Below are positions 27,422-35,544 of a stretch of 41,548 nt of DNA, one piece after another. The position numbers and the translations under genes were made by a program. This DNA is from a virus (taxonomy: Duplodnaviria; Caudoviricetes). Every line of letters starts with the position of its first letter. The stretch's first letter is position 1. The notes beneath the pieces are model-generated. The model did not search any database. It was not told the DNA's origin and saw only the letters and a list, made by a program, of their open reading frames with translations. The stretch spans positions 1 to 41,548 of IMG/VR virus record IMGVR_UViG_3300008255_000047. One strand, given 5' to 3'.

Positions 27422-27726
27422 GATGCGGGGTTTAGTCTAGAAACTCAATCCAACGCACCGAAAAGCACGACCATAAATTGCCCACATGCGTTCGTGCCAA
27501 TGGCGATAATCTTTCGTATCATAAAAACGACGCGTGAAGGTATTGCCGTTCACACTGTATGTTATGTCGGCGGGAATCACGGTTATTCCGCCGCCGCTAG
27601 AACATCATCAACTGAATCACAGCGCGCGGTGATGATGGGTCCATTGATCGCACCATTGATCGCACCGACCGCGCCCATGAATCCGAACGCCTGTTTTGGC
27701 GGCTTCTCTAGTTTCACTTTCATCGG

Positions 27727-28152
27727 TTAGGTTTCCTTTTGGGGTTGAGATTTTTTAAGCACTTTATCTAGTTTAACAACTAATGACGCTAAACCGTCAC
27801 GGATAGCTGTAGCGTTAGCAATATCTTCCGCTTCGGGAAAAATTTTATCAATAGTGTTTTCCTCAATAAAACGCTTCACGATTTTGGAAAGCGTTATTTT
27901 CCATACCGGGTCCTCAAATTCAGTTGCACCCAATCCGACAGATAAATAAAGCGTGGTCGGGTCGGCTGGGATTTTACGGCTGTAATCCACATCCCTTGCA
28001 AAATGAAGATATGTTGATTCTTCAAACGCGTGTTTGAGTGCTTCCGCAGCGGCACACTTAACAGCCTCACCTAGCACCTGACCTACGTTATCAGCCGTGC
28101 TAAGTCTCCATTCACGCAAGTCAATTTTCGGTTGGGCTTTTACACGTTTCAT
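27727..28152 (-). CDS. Hypothetical protein
   Basis: AAAGGGG RBS before MKRVKAQ; same strand as its neighbours. Confidence 0.65.
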   Translation of the reverse strand: MKRVKAQPKIDLREWRLSTADNVGQVLGEAVKCAAAEALKHAFEESTYLHFARDVDYSRKIPADPTTLYLSVGLGATEFEDPVWKITLSKIVKRFIEENTIDKIFPEAEDIANATAIRDGLASLVVKLDKVLKKSQPQKET

Positions 28153-28407
28153 CTTATTCCCCTTTCGCCTTCTCAATTTTATCAATTAACTTTCGTGCGT
28201 TTTATAAGTTGCACCATACAAACCTGATACGCCATTTTCACGCGCTTCAACAATCCTCTTTAGCAAATCAAACAATTGTGAAGTATGTTGTTTAGTGTCT
28301 AAAATCCGATTTCACGCATCGCTGCACGATCTAACCGAAACAATTCACTCATATATTTTGTGACTTTTTCGCCGGGCTTAAAGCATTCACCACTTTGACG
28401 ACGCCGG

Positions 28408-28587
28408 TTATATTCCGCGTGCAATTCCGACTTGTTCAGGATTATCGAACCCGTAATGAGCGAGCAACGCCAATCGCGCATGTTTTAATTCAGCTTGACG
28501 CGGTGACGATGGAAACGCCCGTAAGATTTTAATTTCCAGCTTTCCAAGCACGCGCCGTTGCGCTTCGGTTAACTCAATGATTTTCAT
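28408..28587 (-). CDS. 59-aa hypothetical protein (not in ORF track)
   Basis: MKIIELTEAQRRVLGKLE...; starts 1 nt after the upstream stop. Confidence 0.5.
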   Translation of the reverse strand: MKIIELTEAQRRVLGKLEIKILRAFPSSPRQAELKHARLALLAHYGFDNPEQVGIARGI

Positions 28588-28588
28588 T

Positions 28589-28804
28589 TTACGCTAAGCC
28601 GTGGCGCTTCATAATTACGTGAGCCGCAGCGCGTTCCGGTCCCGTCACATAATCAAGTAAACTTTCCGCATCAACATGAAAAATAACCGCGCGTGCATCG
28701 TCGCGGCTGATTTGATAATTCTTAGCGATGTTATCTAAAACCGCGTTGACGGTTTTAGCGTCGGTCACTTCAAAAAACTTAGCGGTCTTTTCTGCGTTGG
28801 TCAT
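28589..28804 (-). CDS. Hypothetical early protein
   Basis: First gene after a promoter/RBS module. Confidence 0.75.
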   Translation of the reverse strand: MTNAEKTAKFFEVTDAKTVNAVLDNIAKNYQISRDDARAVIFHVDAESLLDYVTGPERAAAHVIMKRHGLA

Positions 28805-28895
28805 TTATGCGTTTCCTTTCGTTGTGGTGTGTCGCCATTCTAGCGCCATTATCAGCCCTGTCAATAAGAAAAGTTGTTTAATTTATAACAACTTT
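28805..28895 (-). promoter_or_regulatory. Early promoter/RBS module with upstream palindrome
   Basis: AACAACTTTTCTTA-TTGACA(28864-59)-N16-TAGAAT; AAAGGAAAC RBS; AAAGTTGTT-N8-AACAACTTT at 28870-95. Confidence 0.8.
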
Positions 28896-29135
28896 AATTG
28901 CGCCCGCCGGGTCATTTTCATAATTCCGCAAATCAACGTCGCGCTCCACCTTTCCCCAACCGTCAACGCGTTCAAACCAACGGCCCGTTTCATCAATCCG
29001 CAGCGTCATAATCTGAAACCCAAATTGTCCGCCGGTCGGGGCGCGCTTTTTAAACGTCCAGCCGGTTACAGCCCAACCGTCCGCCCTAAGTAGCGCCGAC
29101 ACACGCGCGGAAATATGCAAAGGATGATCGCTCAT
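28878..29135 (-). CDS. Hypothetical protein
   Basis: AAGGA RBS; 85 aa. Confidence 0.7.
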   Translation of the reverse strand: MSDHPLHISARVSALLRADGWAVTGWTFKKRAPTGGQFGFQIMTLRIDETGRWFERVDGWGKVERDVDLRNYENDPAGAIKVVIN

Positions 29136-29175
29136 AATATTTATTCCTTGAGTGCTGCTAATAATTCGTCATCTG

Positions 29176-29379
29176 TCAAATTACATTCAACCGGCGTTCC
29201 GCATCTTCACCCGCTATCTGATATGACGCGTGAAACGCTTCCACGCCCGCGCGAACTAACCGACGCACAATCTTACGGGCGGTTTTATAATCAACTAAGC
29301 GACCTTTAAAACCAACCGTATCGCTATAAGTAATAGAGTTACGATAATAACGGACCTGATACATTTTGCGGGTTTTCAC
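29176..29379 (-). CDS. Basic hypothetical early protein
   Basis: First gene after a promoter/RBS module; GTG start. Confidence 0.7.
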   Translation of the reverse strand: MKTRKMYQVRYYRNSITYSDTVGFKGRLVDYKTARKIVRRLVRAGVEAFHASYQIAGEDAERRLNVI

Positions 29380-29538
29380 GGTGCGGGTTCCTTTGCTTGG
29401 TTGGTGTGTTCATCTTAGCGGGGTTGTCAGCCCTGTCAATAAGAAAAGTTGTTTTAATTGTAACAGGGTGTATCCAAATTTCAGGCATTAGCCCATTATC
29501 CCAAAATTTAGCAACCCTGTCAATTAAGAAAAGTTGTA
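29380..29538 (-). promoter_or_regulatory. Tandem early promoters
   Basis: TTGACA(29523-18)-N17-GATAAT and TTGACA(29439-34)-N16-TAAGAT, both preceded by ACAACTTTTCTTA. Confidence 0.8.
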
Positions 29539-29901
29539 TTTGATCCAAAGCGATTCGAGGCTGTCCAGCGTTGAATCGTCCGCGCCGATACGCAACAGAT
29601 ATTCGGTCATGCAATCAAGGGAACCGATTGGAAAATCTCGATCATGTACAACGTCCGCGACAAAGCACCATTCGGAATAACTGCAATCGGTGCGCTTCAC
29701 GTCATGGCGTAGCCAATAGCGAAACGTCACCGACCGTTGCACCGATTTTAAATCACAGTGCCAAATCAGATAATTTGTCCAAAGCAAATTAGCCTCAGAA
29801 TTGCCGCCCATAAAATTGAGCAATTCACGACGGTTCGCAATCGGCGGAAAAATCCGCTTAAGGATGACCGCGCTATAATCGTGAAATGGAATCAGCTTCA
29901 C
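29524..29901 (-). CDS. Hypothetical protein
   Basis: GTGA overlap with the upstream gene; 125 aa. Confidence 0.65.
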   Translation of the reverse strand: MKLIPFHDYSAVILKRIFPPIANRRELLNFMGGNSEANLLWTNYLIWHCDLKSVQRSVTFRYWLRHDVKRTDCSYSEWCFVADVVHDRDFPIGSLDCMTEYLLRIGADDSTLDSLESLWIKYNFS

Positions 29902-30272
29902 CGTGCCGCTCTTACATCATTCATCACATCTTCAAATTCTTGCGGGATAGACGCACCAAATAAGCTGCGTGGCTCAATCCAAATGCCTTGTTTCACCGCC
30001 GCGCGTATGCCGTACACCATACCCGATGAAATACCCCGATCATAATAAACAACTGACGCCCATGCGTGCACGCGCCACGCTAGACCGGCATCAATGCCGC
30101 GCTGTCGCTCACTCGGGTCATCATCGTTTAGGACGCCCGATTGCGTATAGAGTAGGTGACTGGCGATTGGTGCCTCGCCGCGCATCAATGAATCACGCAA
30201 ACATAAACGCGTATAATTTATATTTTCCGGCACGTCGCCCGCATAAGGACTTTCCAAAATTACCAATTTCAT
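29898..30272 (-). CDS. Nucleoside 2-deoxyribosyltransferase-like protein (DUF4406-like)
   Basis: ILESPYAGD, GEAPIASHLLY and GISSGM motifs. Confidence 0.7.
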   Translation of the reverse strand: MKLVILESPYAGDVPENINYTRLCLRDSLMRGEAPIASHLLYTQSGVLNDDDPSERQRGIDAGLAWRVHAWASVVYYDRGISSGMVYGIRAAVKQGIWIEPRSLFGASIPQEFEDVMNDVRAAR

Positions 30273-30477
30273 AATTTATAATTCCATATTTTTATAATTG
30301 TAACCACAATCCTAAATTTAACGCCGTCGCCCATTACGCCCATTACGCCCAATTTTCATACTTTTGGGAAACGCCTAGTTTATAGATTTTCGATTTTCAA
30401 AAAGTCTAGAATATGGGCGTAATGGGCGTAATGGGCGTAGAAAATTTTATAAACCGATAATTATAATTATAAATCGT
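30273..30477. other. Candidate replication origin: AT-rich gap with inverted 9-mer iterons
   Basis: 24-bp perfect inverted repeat (30328-51 / 30414-37) built from CCCATTACG units, directly downstream of the primase gene. Confidence 0.6.
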
Positions 30478-32946
30478 TTATTCCAATCTCAACCACGTAT
30501 CATTCCGCCCAACAATATTTGCAATATCCACAGCGGTCATTGTCGCCACCATTTCAGGCGCGTAATTACGAACCACAATGATTTTTTGGGTCATGTTATT
30601 AATTTTGGCATCCTTGGTGGTATTAATCATGCCCGCTTTCTCAATCCATATTTTCAAGATGCGAGAATGGGCCTTGGTTCCGCTTTGATCGCTATTGCAG
30701 CGGTCTACCCATTCACGGACTTGCCGGGCCGTCGCTAGATCGCCGGGACACTTTGCCGCGAACTCCCGCACGGCGCGTTCGCCTTCACTCTGCATTTCAC
30801 TTAACGCAATGCGCTTCGCTTCATTCAACGGTGCATGTTCGCCGGGGTTGAAGTCCGACACGTCAACCCCATACATCAAATGCGCCCACACCGCCGATAT
30901 AAACGCGTCATCGTCTAGCAAGCCATACAAGCCGCTGTAATACGCATCGCCCCCAACATGCCGCGCCGTGGGATTAGCAATTACGGCAATGCGTCGGTCA
31001 TTATTATCAAACGGCAATGCGTCGGCATGGTTGGAGAAGAACAGCCAGCGCATACAATTATGCTCGACCGATTGCAGCCCGTGCTTGACGTTGATTTCGC
31101 GTGCAGCTTGGTTGACCAATGTTTTAAGTCGCTCACTTCGTGCATATCGTTTGCTATCTTGCATTCCAGCTTTTGCTTCATCCACGATTGCGAGAAGTTT
31201 TTGCGACAGACGCCCGTTGAAAGAACCATCTAAAACCTCTTGAATGTCTACACCCGCCGCGACATAGCCGCGCAACACCCGTACCAGCACGCTAGAAAGC
31301 CAATTGCGCCCTGTGCCTACTTCCGGCGTATACATCAAATAGGCTGTATGCGGTAAAATCTGCGGACATTGGAGTATATGCGCCAACCATTTTTCAAAGC
31401 GGACGCGCTCAATTTCATAAGGCACCAAATAAGCAAGATGCACCCGCCACGCTGTAATAGCGGCTTCACGTTCGGGTAAATTGTCGCGGTAGTAATCAGC
31501 CCAACGCGGTTTTACCAGTCCGCGCCACATATTCACGCCGCTGTCAAAACTTTCCGGCACGTCGCATATGACGCCGCCGTTTGGCTTCCATGAAATTTTA
31601 TCAACGGTTAGTTTTTGCCCTTGATATTCTTCGCGCCACAACCGCACCGACTTAATCGCTTTCATAATCGGTTGTCCGGTGTCTTTGTCGCGTTGTCCGG
31701 TGTCAACCATCGTCACCGATGACGCGAAAGTTGTTTCGCTATTCTCAATTTTATAAACCTTGAACGCTTGTCGATCCACAACACCGTTGACGGTGTGGAT
31801 ATAAACAAATCGCGCGTGCATTTCTTCAAGCGTCAAAATCGGCTGAAAATAATCCTCATCACGGAACGCATCGCCAATTTGTTCATTGGCGCGCATTTGT
31901 TGAGCGCGGCGCATTTCATCGCGCTTGTCCGCCTTCGTTCCTTTATAGACATCGCGGCACCAGCGCGCCGCGCCGCTCGTGGTGACGTTGCGATAATACG
32001 GACGTAAGCGCCATTTATCGCGTGCAGCGAGCACGCTTTGACCGAATAGCCGTTGCATTCGCGGCCAATCTTTTCCGGTCCAAAACGCAAGGCGGTTCAT
32101 CAACGCTTGATCGGCTGCGCTCCAATCGAATGACCGGCCTTGCGCGCCCGCTGTGTCGGGAAAAAATTGACCAAGGCGCAAATCAGCGTTCCATAACCAT
32201 TCAAACGGAACGCGCTCGCGGGTTGCTTGGTCATAGCGCCATTTTAAAAATGGATCGCCGGGTGTTGCTTGTAATTGTTCGGCAAGGTTCGCAATTAGCG
32301 CCGCGTCCGGTTCCTTATAAACCATCATCCGGCGCAACAATTCCGCGTCATCTTCCGGGCCGCACCAGCGCGGGTCACGTCCTACGCTCGCAACGTCCGT
32401 CCCATCATCGGCAACCGCCCCATTCGGGCGCAGCGGCACCCAATCAAGCAACGCTGCGGTGTGGTCTATGGTTGGATCACCCTGCCACGCACCACCACCA
32501 AAAGCGATGAAACGCCCGCTGGTGTAAAATTCCAACCAGCCGTTCCATTTATTATAATGAGCGCCAAATAGTGACTTATTCATAACGCTGCAAATTATAT
32601 GCGCGCCGGTTCCGCTTTGAGATATTTCCATTGCCGCGCCGGGAAACCGCGCGCAAATTTCGACGGCTTCGGGTAACCATTCGCCCGTGGTTGCATCACG
32701 ACAGGAATCAAGGTCTATAAAAACAAATGGGTCATTATCGGTAAATATAAAACCGATACCGCTATAATTTCCCGGCACCACAGCCGCGCACGCTTCCGCA
32801 TAGCTGCACCATGTAGCCGCGTCGGTGCTGGACGCATAGCCGCCGGTCAACGCGTTAAACGGTATCTTGTCCGCTTTCACCTTGCTGGGGCGGTGAATCA
32901 GCTTCCACACAACCCATTGACGGTAAGCTATCAACGCTTCAAGCAT
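30478..32946 (-). CDS. NrS-1-like primase-polymerase fused to an SF3/D5-like helicase domain
   Basis: FIDLD and SQSGTGAH AEP motifs; DWSAAD..L...LAFWTG helix bundle; GTGRN, IVDEA and FSNH helicase motifs. Confidence 0.88.
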   Translation of the reverse strand: MLEALIAYRQWVVWKLIHRPSKVKADKIPFNALTGGYASSTDAATWCSYAEACAAVVPGNYSGIGFIFTDNDPFVFIDLDSCRDATTGEWLPEAVEICARFPGAAMEISQSGTGAHIICSVMNKSLFGAHYNKWNGWLEFYTSGRFIAFGGGAWQGDPTIDHTAALLDWVPLRPNGAVADDGTDVASVGRDPRWCGPEDDAELLRRMMVYKEPDAALIANLAEQLQATPGDPFLKWRYDQATRERVPFEWLWNADLRLGQFFPDTAGAQGRSFDWSAADQALMNRLAFWTGKDWPRMQRLFGQSVLAARDKWRLRPYYRNVTTSGAARWCRDVYKGTKADKRDEMRRAQQMRANEQIGDAFRDEDYFQPILTLEEMHARFVYIHTVNGVVDRQAFKVYKIENSETTFASSVTMVDTGQRDKDTGQPIMKAIKSVRLWREEYQGQKLTVDKISWKPNGGVICDVPESFDSGVNMWRGLVKPRWADYYRDNLPEREAAITAWRVHLAYLVPYEIERVRFEKWLAHILQCPQILPHTAYLMYTPEVGTGRNWLSSVLVRVLRGYVAAGVDIQEVLDGSFNGRLSQKLLAIVDEAKAGMQDSKRYARSERLKTLVNQAAREINVKHGLQSVEHNCMRWLFFSNHADALPFDNNDRRIAVIANPTARHVGGDAYYSGLYGLLDDDAFISAVWAHLMYGVDVSDFNPGEHAPLNEAKRIALSEMQSEGERAVREFAAKCPGDLATARQVREWVDRCNSDQSGTKAHSRILKIWIEKAGMINTTKDAKINNMTQKIIVVRNYAPEMVATMTAVDIANIVGRNDTWLRLE

Positions 32947-33115
32947 CGTTCATCCCCAAGTAATCCCGCAACTCGCGCAACACGCCGTCCGGTGCTGTGC
33001 GCCGCCCCTTAAGCCATGCTATGACCGAATCGACGCGCACGCCCAACACGCGCGCAAGTCCGCGCACGCTCAACTGTGTTAGATCGGCCAATGTTTTGAA
33101 TTGATTGTTGGTCAA
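32939..33115 (-). CDS. 58-aa Cro-like HTH protein (not in ORF track)
   Basis: TTG start after GGGGG; LSVRGLARVLGVRVDSVIAWLKGRR; the stop overlaps the primase start. Confidence 0.75.
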   Translation of the reverse strand: MTNNQFKTLADLTQLSVRGLARVLGVRVDSVIAWLKGRRTAPDGVLRELRDYLGMNDA

Positions 33116-33137
33116 GTGGTGCCCCCAAGCACGCGCA

Positions 33138-33175
33138 TTGCGTTCATACTAAAGGCGGGTTACCATCAATGTCAA
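33138..33175. promoter_or_regulatory. Overlapping divergent promoters (cro/primase versus MTase island)
   Basis: +: TTGCGT-N17-TACCAT; -: TTGACA-N18-TAGTAT. Confidence 0.55.
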
Positions 33176-33179
33176 GCAT

Positions 33180-33434
33180 ATGGTCACAACATCTAGGAAA
33201 CCCAGGACCACACCCGGATACAAACCGCATCGCGCGCAAGAGATAGCCGATGACTTAATTGGAACGGCGCGCGACTTGGACGAATTTGCGACCGATGAAG
33301 AAATAAATAATTATAAATTTTGCTGCGAGTTGGACGCAATAATTTTTCAATGCGAGTCATGCGGGTGGTGGTGCGGTGTTGAAGAAATGACAGACGATAA
33401 TATTTGTGATGATTGCTATGAAGGTGATGAATGA
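33180..33434 (+). CDS. Acidic Zn-finger protein
   Basis: CESC...CDDC; about a quarter of residues are Asp/Glu; ATGA overlap with the MTase. Confidence 0.7.
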   Translation: MVTTSRKPRTTPGYKPHRAQEIADDLIGTARDLDEFATDEEINNYKFCCELDAIIFQCESCGWWCGVEEMTDDNICDDCYEGDE

Positions 33435-34027
33435 CCATTATAGCGTCGGGATACGCACCACAACGAAACGAACTGTACGAAACGCCATATTGGGCAGTTG
33501 AATCATTGTTGCGCCATCTCCCATCCGTCGCGGGCTTGAAGATATGGGAACCAGCGGCGGGAAACCATCGCATCGCGGACATGCTTCTAATCCACGGTGC
33601 GGAAGTCACAACGTCCGATATTGAAACGTATCAGCGCACGCACGACAGAATTTTAGATTTTATAAACACACTACAATTTATAACGCCCGTTCCATTCGAC
33701 GCCATCATAACCAATCCGCCCTATGGTAAAGGCAACAAGCAAGCCGTCACGTTCACGCGCAACGCACTCGCTTGTTGCAACGGTTGGGTTGCGATGCTCT
33801 TAACCGCCAAATTCGATTGGGGTTCAACGCGCGTTGATATGTTCCGCGATTGCCCGCGCTGGTGTAAAAAAATTGTTCTGTTAGATCGCTTGCGCTGGTT
33901 CGACGGACCCGACGCCACTACAGGCACGGAAGATCATGCTTGGTTTATTTGGTGTCCGGTGGATCACCCCTGCACGCTCGCGCATGTGCCGCCAGCCATC
34001 GTCTATGAGGGGAACCCGTACAAGTGA
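33431..34027 (+). CDS. Orphan DNA amino-methyltransferase (m6A or m4C)
   Basis: YETP, WEPAAGN (SAM-binding motif I), ITNPPY (catalytic motif IV). Confidence 0.88.
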   Translation: MTIIASGYAPQRNELYETPYWAVESLLRHLPSVAGLKIWEPAAGNHRIADMLLIHGAEVTTSDIETYQRTHDRILDFINTLQFITPVPFDAIITNPPYGKGNKQAVTFTRNALACCNGWVAMLLTAKFDWGSTRVDMFRDCPRWCKKIVLLDRLRWFDGPDATTGTEDHAWFIWCPVDHPCTLAHVPPAIVYEGNPYK

Positions 34028-34422
34028 GTGTCTACGTTGATGATGTAAGACACCCGTTCGGACGCATGATTATGTGTCATCTTTGGGCGGACTCGCTGGA
34101 CGAACTTCTAACGATGGTCGATAAAATCGGCGTTCAACGAAAATGGATTCAGGGTCACCCGGAATTATCGCACGGCAAACACCGCAACGCGTCGTGGGTT
34201 CACTTCGATATTTCAATGACGATGAAAGCCCGCGCCATATCTCACGGCGCAATCCTAACCGATAAGTTTGGACCTGTTGAACACATTGCGCGCTTGTGCG
34301 GTGATGTTGATAAATTGAATATGGTTGCATGGAACCGCCTAAGATGGGCCAACCTAGACAACGTGAGTGAAGCGGACAAAACCGCTTATGAAGAAATGAT
34401 GAACGTAGCAGCGGAACAATGA
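34024..34422 (+). CDS. DUF4031-family protein
   Basis: VYVDD...MCHLWADSLDEL...HFDI...RAISHGA signature. Confidence 0.8.
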   Translation: MSVYVDDVRHPFGRMIMCHLWADSLDELLTMVDKIGVQRKWIQGHPELSHGKHRNASWVHFDISMTMKARAISHGAILTDKFGPVEHIARLCGDVDKLNMVAWNRLRWANLDNVSEADKTAYEEMMNVAAEQ

Positions 34423-34598
34423 ACGAAAAATCTAAAAGCCAAGAAATTAGAAAATGTATCGCGTGCGTCTATGCGGTATGGCCACAAACCGCGTCCGGCT
34501 TTTGCATGGTGTATAATATCGGAACAATGGAAGCGCGCGAACCATCCGGCCCATGTGGTCCCGATGGTCATAATTTTCTAGCTAAAAATAGCGATTGA
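34419..34598 (+). CDS. 59-aa Cys-containing hypothetical protein (not in ORF track)
   Basis: ATGA overlap; CIAC...C...CGPDG. Confidence 0.6.
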   Translation: MNEKSKSQEIRKCIACVYAVWPQTASGFCMVYNIGTMEAREPSGPCGPDGHNFLAKNSD

Positions 34599-34628
34599 CA
34601 GGTTTGCTAACCGCGCTAAAATGGTGGC

Positions 34629-34756
34629 GTTGTATTATATGTAGTCGGGCCTATGGTGCCCTGTCAACACGAACCCCGGAGGCAACCATGTATCCGGCCT
34701 AAAAAGCCAAAATATAGAAAGCCCCGCCCCATGCAACTAGCAAGGCGGGGCTTTTT
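34629..34756 (+). ncRNA. Candidate ~130-nt small RNA containing micro-ORF MYPA
   Basis: Bounded by TTGACA(34595)-N16-TAAAAT and an intrinsic terminator; contains no complete ORF of protein size. Confidence 0.5.
34718..34756 (+). terminator. Intrinsic terminator
   Basis: AAAGCCCCGCC...GGCGGGGCTTTTT. Confidence 0.85.
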
Positions 34757-34853
34757 GTTACAATTTAAACAACTTTTCTTATTGACAGCCTTGTTAATGC
34801 CGCTAAGATGGGCGGACCAACACAGAGCAACCCACAATCCGGAGGCTTCCGCC
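34755..34853 (+). promoter_or_regulatory. Early promoter module
   Basis: TTGTT-N8-AACAACTTTTCTTA-TTGACA(34782)-N16-TAAGAT; GGAGG RBS. Confidence 0.8.
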
Positions 34854-35039
34854 ATGAACGACTTTTCTAAAAAGACCATCATCGCGCTCGCTAAAAAAGG
34901 AATCACAATTGTCGGGCTTTGCGTCATTCCAGATATGTCTAGCGCAATGCCGTTCGCCAACGGTGAACGCGGCTATAAAATCAACGATAACGGAACGGGC
35001 CGCGTGTGGTCATTCGCTCAAGTTATGAAGGCGGTGTAA
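34854..35039 (+). CDS. Hypothetical early protein (61 aa)
   Basis: GGAGG RBS; the longer track ORF from 34653 crosses a terminator and a promoter. Confidence 0.7.
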   Translation: MNDFSKKTIIALAKKGITIVGLCVIPDMSSAMPFANGERGYKINDNGTGRVWSFAQVMKAV

Positions 35040-35040
35040 G

Positions 35041-35265
35041 ATGAAAACTTTTCGGTTTCAGGTCTTGGATAAAGAAACGTCACGCGTGACGTGGTATCAC
35101 GCGGAAGCAAAAACCCTCGCGGTTGCCATGCGCTCGAATCCTGGTCATAAAAAATCGGATTGGCAGGTTTTGGAAAATGGTGTTTGGGTTTGGTGCGGTA
35201 ACGCGGCTTGCATTACATTTCTAACCGACGCAATAAACAATATTGGAAAGGAACCGCACCGATGA
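35041..35265 (+). CDS. Hypothetical protein
   Basis: TAA-G-ATG junction upstream, ATGA overlap downstream. Confidence 0.7.
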   Translation: MKTFRFQVLDKETSRVTWYHAEAKTLAVAMRSNPGHKKSDWQVLENGVWVWCGNAACITFLTDAINNIGKEPHR

Positions 35266-35544
35266 CCTCGCAAGCATCAGCCCGCAAATCACTCGGAAAA
35301 TATAAAGCAATCGTGATTCACGCGAATGGGCGCACGGAAATTTTAGGTAAGAATGAACGCCCGTTGATATGGCGCGAACTACCGCGAAGAAGGTGCAAAG
35401 GTTATCGTAATCTATCCCGCTGGCGACTTCGCAACAGGTGGTGTAAGGGTTGACCGTACCGCGCACGGTCTAACTCAGGCACTTGAGCGCATGGAAAAAG
35501 ATTGGTTAAATTCGTATCCCTCAAAACAGGAACCCACACCATGA
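35262..35544 (+). pseudogene. Apparently frameshifted hypothetical gene
   Basis: Strong RBS and MTSQ... start; a different frame (YREEGAKVIVIYPAG...QEPTP) ends in an ATGA overlap at 35541. Confidence 0.4.

Noticed and set aside
34653-35039. 128-aa ORF from the track
   Set aside because: Its 5' half crosses a terminator and a promoter; the start is more likely 34854
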